A stretch of 64,000 bases of DNA from Chloropicon primus (taxonomy: Eukaryota): assembly GCA_023205875.1 (NCBI GenBank), contig CP060765.1:186001-250000 (forward strand). The letters run 5' to 3'. This document shows positions 23,437 to 35,600 of this stretch, in pieces (the first letter of the stretch is position 1; each line of letters opens with the position of its first letter). Made by a program: the position numbers and the translations under genes. The notes under the pieces are model-generated. The model searched no databases and was not told the origin of the DNA. It saw only the letters and a program-made list of their open reading frames with translations.

Positions 23437-25329
23437 ATGACTGAGAAGTCAGTCCTCCTGTCTTCTGTCAATATGATGAAGCACTCGAGCAGGAAGACGT
23501 CCATCACGGAGAACTACAACAAGTATCAGCAAAGCAAGACGGACGAGAAGAAGAAGGGAAGGAAGAGGCACGAGAGCAAGAATGACAGCGAGCTGAGGAA
23601 GCTGAAGAAGGAGAACGCGAGGCTGCAAGAGGAGCTGAGCATGACCCAGCAGACGCCCAGGGAGGAGGTGACTTGCAAGGATGAGATCGTGGACGCGAGG
23701 AAGAGGGTCGTTCAGCTTCGGCTGAACTTCAACTCGATTGTCTCGGAAAGGAAGCTGAAGGACAAGCAGCTGATCAACTTGACGGACAAGGTCCACACCA
23801 TCAACATGGAGCTGGGAGAGAACGAGGGCAAGGGGTCTAGTGCTGTGAACTCTCCCGCTTCCTCGCTCAAGTCCCTGACCAAGATGACAGCTACCGTGCA
23901 GGAAGAGCACGAGAGGCTCAAGGGGAGGCTGGTCCAGACGAACAACAGCATCATGGAATCGGAGTGCTACGAGCTGATGCTTCAGTACAGGAAGAAGCAG
24001 TATATGCTGACGCAGAACGGTATGGAGTCTCAGTACTTGAACCTGAGGCAGCAGCTGAATATCTTGGAGAAGCAGCACCACGAGATTGAGCTGAACGTGA
24101 GGACGCTGGAGCATGGCGAGATAACGGCGGTGGTGAAGGCGGAGGACATCATGAGGGACATCAAGAAGTACGAGAAGCAGAGGGTGGAGCTCAAGGTCCA
24201 GCAGAAGACCAAGAAGGACAAGCAGACGAGGATGCAAGAGTACATGCATGAAAGGGAACGCAATCGCCAGAACCTGAAGAAGGAGATGAGCGGGGACGCT
24301 TACCAGGCCTCGAACCAAGAGAACTCCGTCGCCGCGACGGAGAGCATGGACTTCATCGATGCCCTGTTTGAGAAGTTCATGGATACTCTGGTGGAGAGGA
24401 TAGGCGTGGGGAACAACCTTGCGGCGGTGTTGCACAAGCTTGAGAACATGAACGACACTCAGGAGGAGGTTCAGAACCGGAAAGTGGAGACGGAGATCAG
24501 GCTGCAGATCCTCGAGAAGGAGAAGGCCCAGCTCGAGCAGCAGCTCCAGGAGATTGCTGTGAACGGCACAGACTTTTCGTTCAGGAGGCACGAGATCGAC
24601 GAGATCGAGGAGAAGACGCACAAGAGAGAGAAGAGACTCAAGTACCTCTTGGGGCAATTAGACAAGACGGGAAAGCAGATCGCGGGATTGCAGATTGGAA
24701 TCGACTCGATACTGAACAAACTAGATTATTTGAAGGTGAAGGCTCCCGCGGACCAGCAGAAGGTCGAGGTGAAGGCCGACAAGAGCGGAGTCCCGGGCAT
24801 TCAGTCCATGACGGGAGCTGATGCGCACAAGGGCGAGGCCGACAAGCACAATGTGGAGGACCACGAGGACCCCCTCCTTCGGCAACTCGAGCTCGTGGAG
24901 CAGAAGTTGAACAGGATAGTGGATGCCCTCGCCGTCTCTCACATCAGCAAGGCCGCGGGGGATAGCCAGGAGGGGGAGGCCGAGGGAGTGCAGAGCATGA
25001 GCTGGCTTTCCTCTGACTTGCAGAAGCTTGGGATGGACATGCCTCAGCAAGGGCAATATAACCTTAGAGTCAACTTGACCACCCCAACAAATGCTTTGCC
25101 TTCCGCGCCTAGCAGCGCCGGTGCATTTGACGCAGAGGCGCTGTCAGACGACAGCTTAGAGCTTCCGGAGAACGTGCCAGTGAAGAAGAAACCGATAAGG
25201 CAGTCTGCGAGCTCCAAGGCTGCTGCAGCGAAGAGGAGAAACAAGAGCAAGTCGGCCATCATTCCGCCGTCTAAACCTAAGCCTCCGAGAGCGAAGCAGG
25301 GCAGCATGTTCGCAGGTAGAGATAGGTAA
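23437..25329 (+). CDS. Long coiled-coil protein (possibly flagellar, ODA-DC-like)
   Basis: ~630-aa ORF with host codon bias and extended heptad E/K/Q/L pattern. The family assignment is uncertain. Confidence 0.7.
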   Translation: MTEKSVLLSSVNMMKHSSRKTSITENYNKYQQSKTDEKKKGRKRHESKNDSELRKLKKENARLQEELSMTQQTPREEVTCKDEIVDARKRVVQLRLNFNSIVSERKLKDKQLINLTDKVHTINMELGENEGKGSSAVNSPASSLKSLTKMTATVQEEHERLKGRLVQTNNSIMESECYELMLQYRKKQYMLTQNGMESQYLNLRQQLNILEKQHHEIELNVRTLEHGEITAVVKAEDIMRDIKKYEKQRVELKVQQKTKKDKQTRMQEYMHERERNRQNLKKEMSGDAYQASNQENSVAATESMDFIDALFEKFMDTLVERIGVGNNLAAVLHKLENMNDTQEEVQNRKVETEIRLQILEKEKAQLEQQLQEIAVNGTDFSFRRHEIDEIEEKTHKREKRLKYLLGQLDKTGKQIAGLQIGIDSILNKLDYLKVKAPADQQKVEVKADKSGVPGIQSMTGADAHKGEADKHNVEDHEDPLLRQLELVEQKLNRIVDALAVSHISKAAGDSQEGEAEGVQSMSWLSSDLQKLGMDMPQQGQYNLRVNLTTPTNALPSAPSSAGAFDAEALSDDSLELPENVPVKKKPIRQSASSKAAAAKRRNKSKSAIIPPSKPKPPRAKQGSMFAGRDR

Positions 25330-25595
25330 ATTCTTCTTTGGACATCGTCAGAAGAACTTTGTCTTGGGAAAGCACTGTCCAACTGTAACAGCAAATCAAA
25401 TGAAACGAGAACACGTTGTTTTGCTTGGCCGTTTTCTGCTTCTTGGCAGGCTGGCCGGTCTCATCTTTCTCAGCATGATGTCCCATCGAAAGGTCTCGAG
25501 ACATAGATTCCTTTCCCACTCTCCTCCTCCGCCATCTTCGCCGTCCTCTCCCTCGTACCGCATCGTCATCAAAACGCACTCCACCTCCTCGGTCC

Positions 25596-25762
25596 TTTCC
25601 CGCCCAATTTTTTTTTCATGCCGTAGGGGGAAGAAGCGCGAATCGATCGCGATCGCACAAACGCAAAGGGCGGGAGAGAGGTGCGAGGACGGGAGGGGAG
25701 GGAGCGAGGTGTGAACCAACCGCAAGGCCTTCTCGCGAGCTTTCGATCGGTACCTCACTTGC
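25596..25762 (+). repeat. Dispersed upstream cassette, copy 2 (starts with E2F-type TTTCCCGC)
   Basis: 63-bp core identical to the reverse complement of 6085-6147, with CGATCG-rich and purine-rich upstream similarity. Confidence 0.9.
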
Positions 25763-25844
25763 TGGGATTGCGCTTGCGGTTTCATTGTTGGTACGAAGGA
25801 AGGAGAACTGGATCGTTCGCGGAGAGAGCGGAACGCGAACGCCG

Positions 25845-25938
25845 AGGGCGGAAGAGAGGTTCGAGAACGGGAGGGGAAGGGAGCGAGGTGTGGACCAAGC
25901 GCAAGGCCTTCTCGCGAGCTTTCGATCGGTACCTCACT
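25845..25938 (+). repeat. Dispersed upstream cassette, copy 3
   Basis: Core 25879-25938 has two substitutions relative to copies 1 and 2. Confidence 0.88.
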
Positions 25939-25994
25939 CGACCCATTTGGCTCTGCGGTTGGAGTGGTGTCGTCCAGTTGGCATGGATTGATTG

Positions 25995-28584
25995 ATGATG
26001 GCGGAGAGGGTGATGATGGCGAGGACGGTCGAGCCTGGGAGGTTGAATGGGAGGCGGCAGGCGTTGGCGAGAATGGGAGCGACTGCGAAGGGAACGGTGG
26101 GCCTCCCAGTCGGTTTGCCGTTTGCCCTCCACCTTGAGAGGAGGGGGCAGCGGCCTGCGGGAGGCGGGAGTGCTGGACGGTTGGGCGACGCCAAGGCGAG
26201 AGGAGGAGGCACGAGACGGCGCGGGGACGTCGTTCGCATGAGGAGTGGGAGCTGGGACGAGGAGGAGTACGAGGCGGCTGGGGACGGGGAGAGGAAGGGC
26301 TTTCGGCTTGACTCGTGGGCTCTGGGAGGCACGGTCGCCTCCACTTGCGCCGTGGCCTTCATCGGAGTGGCCGAGGCGCCGGTTTACTTGCTTGCGCTGC
26401 CGGTTCTCCTTCCCATGGTGGCCCTGATATCCTACAGGGAGAGGACGAGGCGCAAGCACAAGGAGGAGCTCTCCCTCGCCCTGAGATCTCAGCAGCAGGT
26501 GAACACACAGGTCAACTACATCCTTGGCCAGTCGTCGGCGAGCTCAAGCAACCTGGTGGAGTCCGTCGCAAACCTCTCCGCGATGCTCGAGAGGGTGGAA
26601 GACAGGCTCGCCGCCTCATCAGAACAGGCGCAGGAGACGCAGGAGGCGGTGAAGAAGTCCTTCAGCCAACTCATGAAGATGAATCAGTCCGCCACGAACC
26701 ATGTGCTGAAAGAGCAAGCGAAGAACATGCGTGAGATCGTTGCGGAGGAAGTGAGTTACGGGGTGAATCAGGTCAAGGAAGGGGAGGAGGCCGCCTCGAA
26801 CTTCCTTGAAGTGAACTTGCTTGACGTGAAGAGGGAGCTGAGCGAGCTCGAGAGCATCCAGACGGACTTGCTTAGGTTGGTCGAGAATGTTTACGACGAG
26901 GCGAGAGCGTCGTCCACGAGTGCCCGGGGGGACTCAGGGGACGAAGAGTGGCTGAAGGACGAGCTGAGCGCGATGAAGGACAACATCGTCATCGACGTGG
27001 AGGACATTCTGGCTAGGCAGAACGAAGAGAAAGAGGTTGGAGAACTTGGGGCTGCCGCGGACAACAGCGCCGGCATCTTGCAGCTGGAAGAGAAGCTCGC
27101 GGAGATCAGGCAAGTCGCGGAGCAGAATCAGAAGAGCATTCAGGACGTCCAGGATGCCCTGTACTCGTCCGCGGGGCAGGTTCGAGCTGAGGCGGAGTCT
27201 GAAATTATTTTGGACGAGGTGAGAGGCGTGTCGACAACAGTAGAAACTCTCGCCGACTCGCTTGAGGCTGTTCAGACTCTTCCTAGCGTGGTCGACAGCA
27301 TCAAGGAAGACGTCAGGGACGCCATACGGGAACTGGCCGACTTGAATTTAGCGGGCAGCGGCGCGGTGACCCAGAACCAGGTGAATGCGAGCTACACTTC
27401 GACTTCGGTGTATACCTCTGCGGCGTTCGAGGGCCTGGAGAGAAAGATCGATGAAGTGGCGAGGGCCACGGAGGTGATTGAGAGCCTCGCCTCGCAATTC
27501 AAGGATCTAGCGCCCTCTGGCTCCGCTGAGAGCCGGGGCGCTCTCCCTGAGGCAGGGGGCACTCCCACCGTGCAGGAGGCGCTCGAGGAGGGAGCCTCGA
27601 GTGACGGCAACCCAAGCTGGCTTGAGTACGATCCGAGCGAGGTCGAGGGAGCCGAGAAGGTGCTGAGCACTAACGCCCAAGCAAGGGCGAGCACGTCGGG
27701 GGAAGGGGGGCCAGAGGAGCCTGCAAAGGAACCAGAGGCGTCGCGAGGACGAGGTGGAGAAGATGATGAACCGGTCGCCGCCGATCTCGACATCAGGATT
27801 GAGGAGGAGGAGGCAGGGGAGGAGGCAGTGGAAGAGGCAGAGGAAGAGGCAGGGGAGGAGGCAGCGGACTCGCCGTCCGTGGAAAAGCTTCTGGGGGAGG
27901 GGCTGGCTTTGCTGAGGAGGGGGAGGGAAGAGGCGAGCGAGGGAGAGGCGGAGGGCCTCTTCTCTCAGGCCCTGGAGTACTTTGACAGGGCGGCCGAGCT
28001 CAATCCAGAGTCCGTGACCGCCTACGGGAACAAGGGGAACACCCTGCTCTGCTCGGCGAGGCAGAAGATGAGAGTGCTCAGCACTTTCGCGAAGGAGGCG
28101 AGGGACAGCCCTTTCATGAGCGAGGAGTCCATCAAGATGTCCCAGGACCTCAAGAGGCGGACGGGGGAGATTCTCGTTCAGTCCGGGAGGTGCTACAGGA
28201 CGGTTCTTTCCCTGGACCCCAGGGACGCGAGGGCGCTGGTCAACTGGGGGAGCGCCCTCTGCCTCAGGGCCAAGCTGATAGAGGTCGAGGACGCGGACAG
28301 CGCCGTGGACTTGTACGACGCTGCGATCGAGAAATTTGCGGTGAGTAGCAGCCTTGAGTCGTTCTTCGAGGGGGGCGGGACTTGGATCGACCTCTTGTCG
28401 CCCGCTGAGCGGTCCACTGGCTTTCGCATGTACTGACTCGTCACTTCTTGCCCGTGTTTTCCATGCGTGCGTGCGTGTGACCCTTTTCTCGCAGGCGTCT
28501 CTGCAGCTCGACCCAAACATGGCGGAGGGGGAGAGGCTGCTGAACAGGGCGCAGCAGAGCTTGGACGACCTCTTGGGGTACTAG
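25995..28584 (+). CDS. Membrane-anchored coiled-coil/TPR protein, probably plastid-targeted (exons 25995-28340, 28495-28584)
   Basis: Arg/Gly-rich N-terminus, hydrophobic hairpin, acidic coiled coil, TPR motifs (AYGNKGNTL, ALVNWGSAL) and a phase-0 GTGAGT..CAG intron. Confidence 0.78.
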
Positions 28585-28696
28585 GACACGATCGTGAGCG
28601 TCCCATTAAACTTTTGCGCAATGGAACAATCAATCAACCACTGACGAGCTCAATGAGGAGGATTCCAACGCCGCCACCGCCAACAACAACGACAAC

Positions 28697-29342
28697 ATGA
28701 AGACGACAAGTTCTCCCTCTCCCTATGCTTTGGATTTGAGAGATGCTCTCGAGTCCGGCCTGATGACGGAGGAGGGGTACGCCGAAGCCGTGCAGGAGGC
28801 CCAGCGTTATGACAGCAAGTCACTGGAGAAGAGAGATCGCGGACTACAACGAGGCGTTGAGGATCATCTTTGCGGACGCATCTCTTATGCTGAGCGACAA
28901 GGAACAATGTATTGTGAAGAGAGAGTACCTGGAAGAGTTCGGGCTCTGCAAAGCTCCTCGTCCTCCGTCGTCCTCCGTCGTCGAAGAGAACACGAAGCAA
29001 GACGGGCTAACGCCAAGGAAGACCAGCAAGAGCGACATGAAGAAGTTGTTGATCCACGAGACGCATCGTAACCGTCGTCATCTTTCTCCTGTACTGTACT
29101 ATCACAATCACACCATGCTTTTTGTAAATTTTGACCAAAGGAGAAATTCAAACAGAACTCGTCCAACGCTTCACTTTTCCGCAACAGTGAATCCACACTA
29201 TTCGCAACATTCCCGTCAACAATGGGGCGCCCCATACTTTCCAAGAATTCTCGGTCGAGTTCGACATTTCCCGAGTAGTTTTAGCCGTGTTGAGGCCAAC
29301 ATTTCCATTTCCGTCGCTGTGGGGAGTGACCGAATTTCGTAA
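28697..29342 (+). other. Two overlapping short ORFs (28697-29071, 28809-29342): possible frameshifted orphan gene
   Basis: Protein-like segments switch frame near 28805-28812. No recognisable family. Confidence 0.3.
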
Positions 29343-29637
29343 TTCTTCCTTCCTCCTCTTCCTGACTCTTTGCGATCGATCGATCGTACACGAGCAGAAG
29401 CGGAGGGCGGAAGGCGAGGAGAGGACACCGCAAGGCGGGAGTGATCGTGGTGACGGGATGAGGACGTGAGGAATTGGATTGCATCGCGATCGTTGACCTC
29501 TCGCTCCATCTTGTGGAAAAAATATTTTTACAAACATACAAACACAAGCGAAGGGGACGCGTTGTCGTGTCCAGTGCATTCATTCCCCTTTCGCTGGGGC
29601 CTTCACTGAGGAGTGAGCGAGGCATTGTCATTGGGTT

Positions 29638-32600
29638 ATGATAGACCCCATCATAAAGGTGAGAGTCCCGAAGACTCTGGAGAGGAAGGAGGTGCAGCGC
29701 TTGGTGAACACCGAGAGTGGGAGTTATGAAATTCACCAGGCTGGGTTCGGAAGGTCTTCCTTCGAGGTTTCCCCTTCCAAGGCGAATGGTCACGGCAACG
29801 GCAACGGGAGCGTGGCCAACTTCCCGAGCCCCTTCGCCTCTCCCAAGACCAAGACGGGTGGCAAGCGCAAGCACAAGAGGATCGACGGACCGCAGGAGAT
29901 AATCTCTCGGAACGGCAGCTTTCCTCCGAGAGCCTTCCAGACGCCCAAGTACTCCAAGGAGGAGGGAGGCTCGACTTTGAGCACCGCGACGAGCTTGCAG
30001 GTCCCTGCCGAGGAGATCGAGCTGGAGGGAGTGTCCCAGACGACGGTGAAGCGAAGGAGGATGAAGATCCCCTTGGAGAAGTTCGACGACCCGGCTCTGG
30101 AGGTCCTCAGGCCGAGCATAACGGAGTGGCTGGAGCAGAACAAGGGGAAGGAGGGCCTCGGGGCCAAGGCAAAGTCCAAGTATTACGACAACGACGGGAC
30201 CTTCTGCTGGGCAGACTGCACCGTCACGGGCTACGACGAGGAGACTTGCCTGTTCACAATTGTGTGGGACAGCAGCGGGATTAAAAAGAAGGTGAGGAGG
30301 TTCAACCTCATCTTCGAGGAGGAGGACGTCGTTCACTTCAAGAAGAGGATTCGCCTGGCAAAGGAGCTGGAGGCGGAGCTGGGCAGCAGGATGAGGATTC
30401 AGGACCTCATCTCTTCCCAGGAGTTCATGAACAGCGAGATGATCGATGACAACTTCAAGCAGATGATCCTGGAGAAGTATGACATCCCGCAGGCGACTAC
30501 CTTCCCGAGGGTCGCGGACTTGTTCTTCCAAGAATCCAGAGACATCTACAAGCACGCCATGAAGACGGCTGTCTTCAAGTACCTGCTCCCGGAGGAGGTC
30601 GACCAGCAGCAGGAGATGGAGGACAGGGAGAGCATCAACCTGAACCACTTGCTGCACGAGGACCAGGTCCCGGTCCAGGGTTGCGTCCCACTCCACCTCT
30701 TGCACGTGGAGGACGGCAAGGAAGCGATATTCAGGGACGGGGACGACGAGGTTGTTGAGAGCAACCCCCTCCCCCTGGAAAGCTTTGACGACCAGCTTTT
30801 CACGATTAGCAGCGCCCTCGGACTGGCCCAGGACGACATCTTGTCCTGCCTCCAGCAGTTCTACCACGAGCTGGACGTGAAGGACCAGATTCTGGTGACG
30901 CAGTACGACGAGATGCTCCTGGAAGCTCCGTTTGACTTGCAGCACTTTGACACCTTGCAGAGCCGCCACATGAACGACATGGCGGACACCTTGAGGCACG
31001 ACTGGGTGCTGAGAGTGGCCACCAAAGTGGAGGACATTCCGTACATCTCAGGGACGATCGATGACCAGCTGTTCGTGAGGACGGTGAAGAGGATCTCCTT
31101 GCTTATGGCGGACAGCCTTAGGACGAGCGCCCTCCAGTCGCTGACCGCGTACATGAACACCTGGAAGAACTATGACCTTGACTTTGAGCTCCTGAGTGAG
31201 GGCGTGAAAGACAAGGACAGCATCGGTTTGGTGCCTCTGTTCAAGATGGAGATGACGATCAGCGAAAAGGGGCACTTTGAGCTTCCTTTGGATGACCTCA
31301 AGGACAAAATCCTGAGTTTCTACGACGAGATCATTTCTTGCGTGAACGGAATCGACGACATCGGCTCCAAGATCACCATCCTGGACGTGCCGGAGAAGCA
31401 CATGGAGACCATCTCTCACGACGAGGCCAGGGTGATCGAGACCCGAAATGCCATCGCCAAGATCATCGAGAAGAACTTGAAGGGTCCAAGGGAGCTTCTG
31501 GATTCTTTCAACGGGTTCGAGGACTTGGCGACCGCGGAAGTGCAGAGCCACATTGAGACGTGGAAGACCAACCCCTTGTCCTTAAGCGACTGCCAGGAGG
31601 AGGTGAAGAAATTCCTGGACCTGAAAAAGAGTATCGAGGAGAAGTGCGAGAACCAGACCCTGTTCCCCATGATTGTGGTGAACTCCGCGGAAGCGAAGAA
31701 TTTCCTTGAGGACAAAGCGCTGGAGCTGAGATCCGCTTTGCTTAGGCTCACCTGCGACAACTGGTGCACGTCGAACGAAACCATTTGCAAAAGATACGAT
31801 GCCTTGAAGGAGAGGATGGCGTCCAGCCCAGACACCACGGAGGAGTTGGACGAGCTCCGAAGGTTCTTTGACGCCAGTAAAAACGAGCTGGAGGAGCTCG
31901 AGGCTGACATCAGTGCCAGCACGGACTTGTACCAGGTTTTCAACGAGAGCCGCTTCACCCTAACCGAGCAGGAGCACGACCTTTACTGGGACGTCTTCGG
32001 ATGGCCAAAGAAGCTCGCTTCGGTCGTGCAGCAGGGTGAGATCAACTTGAACGAGAAGACTGAGAAGTTCAAGCAAGAGCTCCTTGACAACCGGGCCAAG
32101 CTCGTGGAAGACGTTGGGCAGATTGGCAAGGACGTCGATGAGTTCATTCAGCTCGGCGAGATCGAGCTCGTCGAGGAGAGGGTCGTCTCCGTCTCAGAGA
32201 TTGAGAGCAAGTTGAAGCAGGCGCAGCAGCTCGCGGAGGTGTACAGGAACCACGAGTCCATCTTCGGAATGCCTGAGCAGGATCTCCCAGAGCTGGACCG
32301 CCTTGTCCGCACCTTCGAGCCTTACTGCAACCTGTGGAAGATTTGTGGTGACTTCACGAACCACCTCCCCGAGTGGACGGACGGGCCATTCACTGAGCTC
32401 GACCCTGAGAGCCTCACAAATAGCATTGAGAACTGGATCAGGGCTTTGGCCAAGGTTCAAAAGGTTCTCAGCGAAAGGGCCGCGGAGGCTTGCAAGATTC
32501 TGAACGAGAGGTTGAACAAGTTCCAGGAATACTTGCCGCTCATTGCCGCGCTGAGAAACCCTGGATTGAGAGAGAGGCACTGGAAGAGAATGTCCAAGGA

Positions 32601-35600
32601 TTTGGGATTCCCTGTCAAGGTCGACGTCTCTTTCAGTCTTTCGAGGGCACTGCAGCTGCAGCTCCTTGAGCACATGGAGGTCATCGAAGAGATATCTGAG
32701 TACGCCTCCAAGGAGTACTCCCTTGAGAAGACCTTGGACAAGATGCAGCACGAGTGGAGCGGGGTCAACTTCGACAGAATGGATTGGAGGGATACAGGAA
32801 CGACTATCCTGCGCGGAATTGATGACATCCAAGCCATTCTTGATGACCAGGTCGTGAAGACGCAAGCCATGAGAGCTTCCCCTTACATCGGTGCCTTTGA
32901 GGAGAGGGTCAAGCTGTGGGAGAAGAGGCTGAACAACGTGCAGGAGACCATCGACGAGTGGCTCAAGTGCCAACAGCAGTGGCTGTACTTGGAGCCTATC
33001 TTCGGCAGCGATGACATCATGCAGCAGATGCCTAACGAGGGCAGAAAGTTCAAGACCGTAGACGCGACGTGGAGAAAGACCATGGAGAAGGTCGAGAAGA
33101 ACAGCGAGGTCTTGACCGTTTGCAGCGACGACGAGCTGCTGAAGAACTTGATCGACGCGAACAAGCTCCTGGACGCCGTCCAGAAGGGATTGAACGACTA
33201 TCTTGAGACAAAGAGGCTCGCTTTCCCGAGGTTCTACTTCCTTTCCAACGAGGAGCTGCTCGAGATCTTGTCGGAGACGAAGGACCCGCTTCGCGTTCAG
33301 CCTTTCTTGAAGAAGATTTTCGAGGGCATCAACAAGATCCACTTCGAGGAGGATCTCACTGTCACCGCCATGATCTCGGCCGAGGGGGAACAGGTCAAAC
33401 TGAAGGACACCTTCAACCCAAGCAGCGCGGGCGGAAACGTGGAGAGGTGGCTGATCGACTTGGAGGCCTCCATGAGGGCGAGCGTGAAGCACGTGACCAA
33501 GCAAAGCTTCGACGCCTATGCCACGACGGACCGTAACAAGTGGGTCATTGATTGGCCTGGCCAGGTCGTCATCTGCGTGGACTCCTTGTACTGGACGGAT
33601 GAGACCGAGGAAGCAATTTCCGACGGCAAGCTCCCAGAGTACGCTCTCAAGTGCACGGCGCAGCTCAAGGATATTGTCGACAAGGTCAGGGGCAAGCTGA
33701 CCAAGCTGGAGAGGAAGACGCTCTCTTCCTTGATCGTCATCGATGTCCATGCCCGTGACACCATCGCCAGGCTCGCTGACCTCAACATCATGGCCGTCTC
33801 GGACTTTGAATGGCAGTCCCAGCTCAGATACGAGTGGGACGGCGCCGATGTGCTGGTGCGCATGATTAATGCCCAGCTCTACTATGGCTACGAGTACCTC
33901 GGCCTCCCAAGCAGGCTGGTGATTACGCCCCTCACGGATCGGTGTTACCGTACCCTGATGGGTGCTCTGCACTTGGACCTCGGAGGAGCCCCAGAGGGAC
34001 CTGCGGGAACTGGCAAGACGGAGACCACCAAAGATTTGGCCAAGGCTATCGCGATGCAGTGTGTTGTCTTCAACTGCTCTGATGGACTGGATTACCTCGC
34101 CATGGGTAAATTCTTCAAGGGTTTGGCATCCAGTGGTGCCTGGAGTTGCTTCGATGAGTTCAACCGTATCGACTTGGAAGTGCTCAGTGTCATTGCTCAG
34201 CAGATCTTAACGATTCAGAGGGCAAAGGCTGCCGATGCCAAGTCCTTCGAATTCGAGGGCACGAGGTTGCAGCTCAGAAAGACGTGCAACTGCTTCATTA
34301 CGATGAACCCTGGTTACGCTGGCCGTTCGGAGCTGCCTGACAACCTCAAGGCCCTCTTCAGAACGGTGGCGATGATGGTTCCCGACTACGCTCTGATCGC
34401 GGAGATCATGCTTTACAGCAGTGGATATCTTGAGGCCAGGAGCCTTGCGAGGAAGCTGGTCGCGACCTACAAGCTTTGCAGCGAGCAGCTCAGTAGTCAG
34501 ACTCACTACGATTACGGTATGAGAGCGGTCATGTCCGTGCTGAGAGCTGCGGCTGCGATTAAGCAGAAGCAGCCGGACGAGGACGAGAACATCCTCATGC
34601 TTGTCTCTCTCAAGGATGTGAACTTGCCAAAGTTCCTGTCCCCGGATATCCCGCTCTTCAACGGTATCCTGAGCGATCTGTTCCCTGGTGTGGTCCTTCC
34701 GGATCCAGACTACGAGCTTCTCGGCAGGGCCGTCCGGGACAACTGTGCCAAGCTCAAGGTGCAGCCCACGAAGGTCCTGATGGAAAAGATTTTCCAGCTC
34801 TACGAGATGATTCTCGTGAGGCACGGACTCATGCTTGTGGGTTACAGTTACGGCGCGAAGACGACTGCGTACCGTGTGCTTCAGGGAGCTCTGGGAGATC
34901 TCAAGGAGCGCGACGAGCTGGGAGAGAACAAAACCATTGTTCGTGTCATGAACCCCAAGAGCATTTACATTGGTCAGCTTTATGGCCAGTTCGACCCCGT
35001 GAGCCACGAGTGGAAGGATGGCATCTTGGCAAAGATCTACCGTGAGTGCGCCGTGGACACTGCGCCTGACAGAAAGTGGGTCCTTTTCGACGGCCCCGTC
35101 GACGCCGTGTGGATCGAAAACATGAACACCGTGCTGGATGACAACAAGAAGCTTTGCCTGATGAGCGGAGAGATCATCCAGATGTCCGCGAGCATGAACA
35201 TGATCTTCGAGGTCCAAGACCTTGCCGTGGCGAGTCCGGCCACCGTGAGTAGGTGCGGCATGGTTTACGTCGAGCCGTCGCAGATCGGGTGGAAGCCCTT
35301 GCAACAGAGCTGGGTGGACACCCTGCCCGAGCAAGTCCTGGCGAAGGAGGATCTGGTCAAGGTGGTGGTGGCCCTGTTCGACTGGATGGTGGACCCCTGC
35401 ATTAGGTTTGTCCGAAGGAACTGCAAGGAAGTTGTCGGAACCGCTAGCATCAACCTGGTCCAGTCCACGATGAGGATGATCTCCAGTCTTTTCTCGAAAC
35501 TGCTTCAGGAGAACCCAAAGGTGGACGTCACGCAAGAAATTGTGGAGAGCATCTTCATGTTCGCCTTGGTTTGGGGCATCGGCGCCTCCATCGACGGAAA

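Noticed and set aside
34840..34865. Non-canonical second P-loop GYSYGAKT in dynein
   Set aside because: AAA2 P-loops are commonly degenerate in single-headed inner-arm dyneins, so this is not evidence of inactivation.
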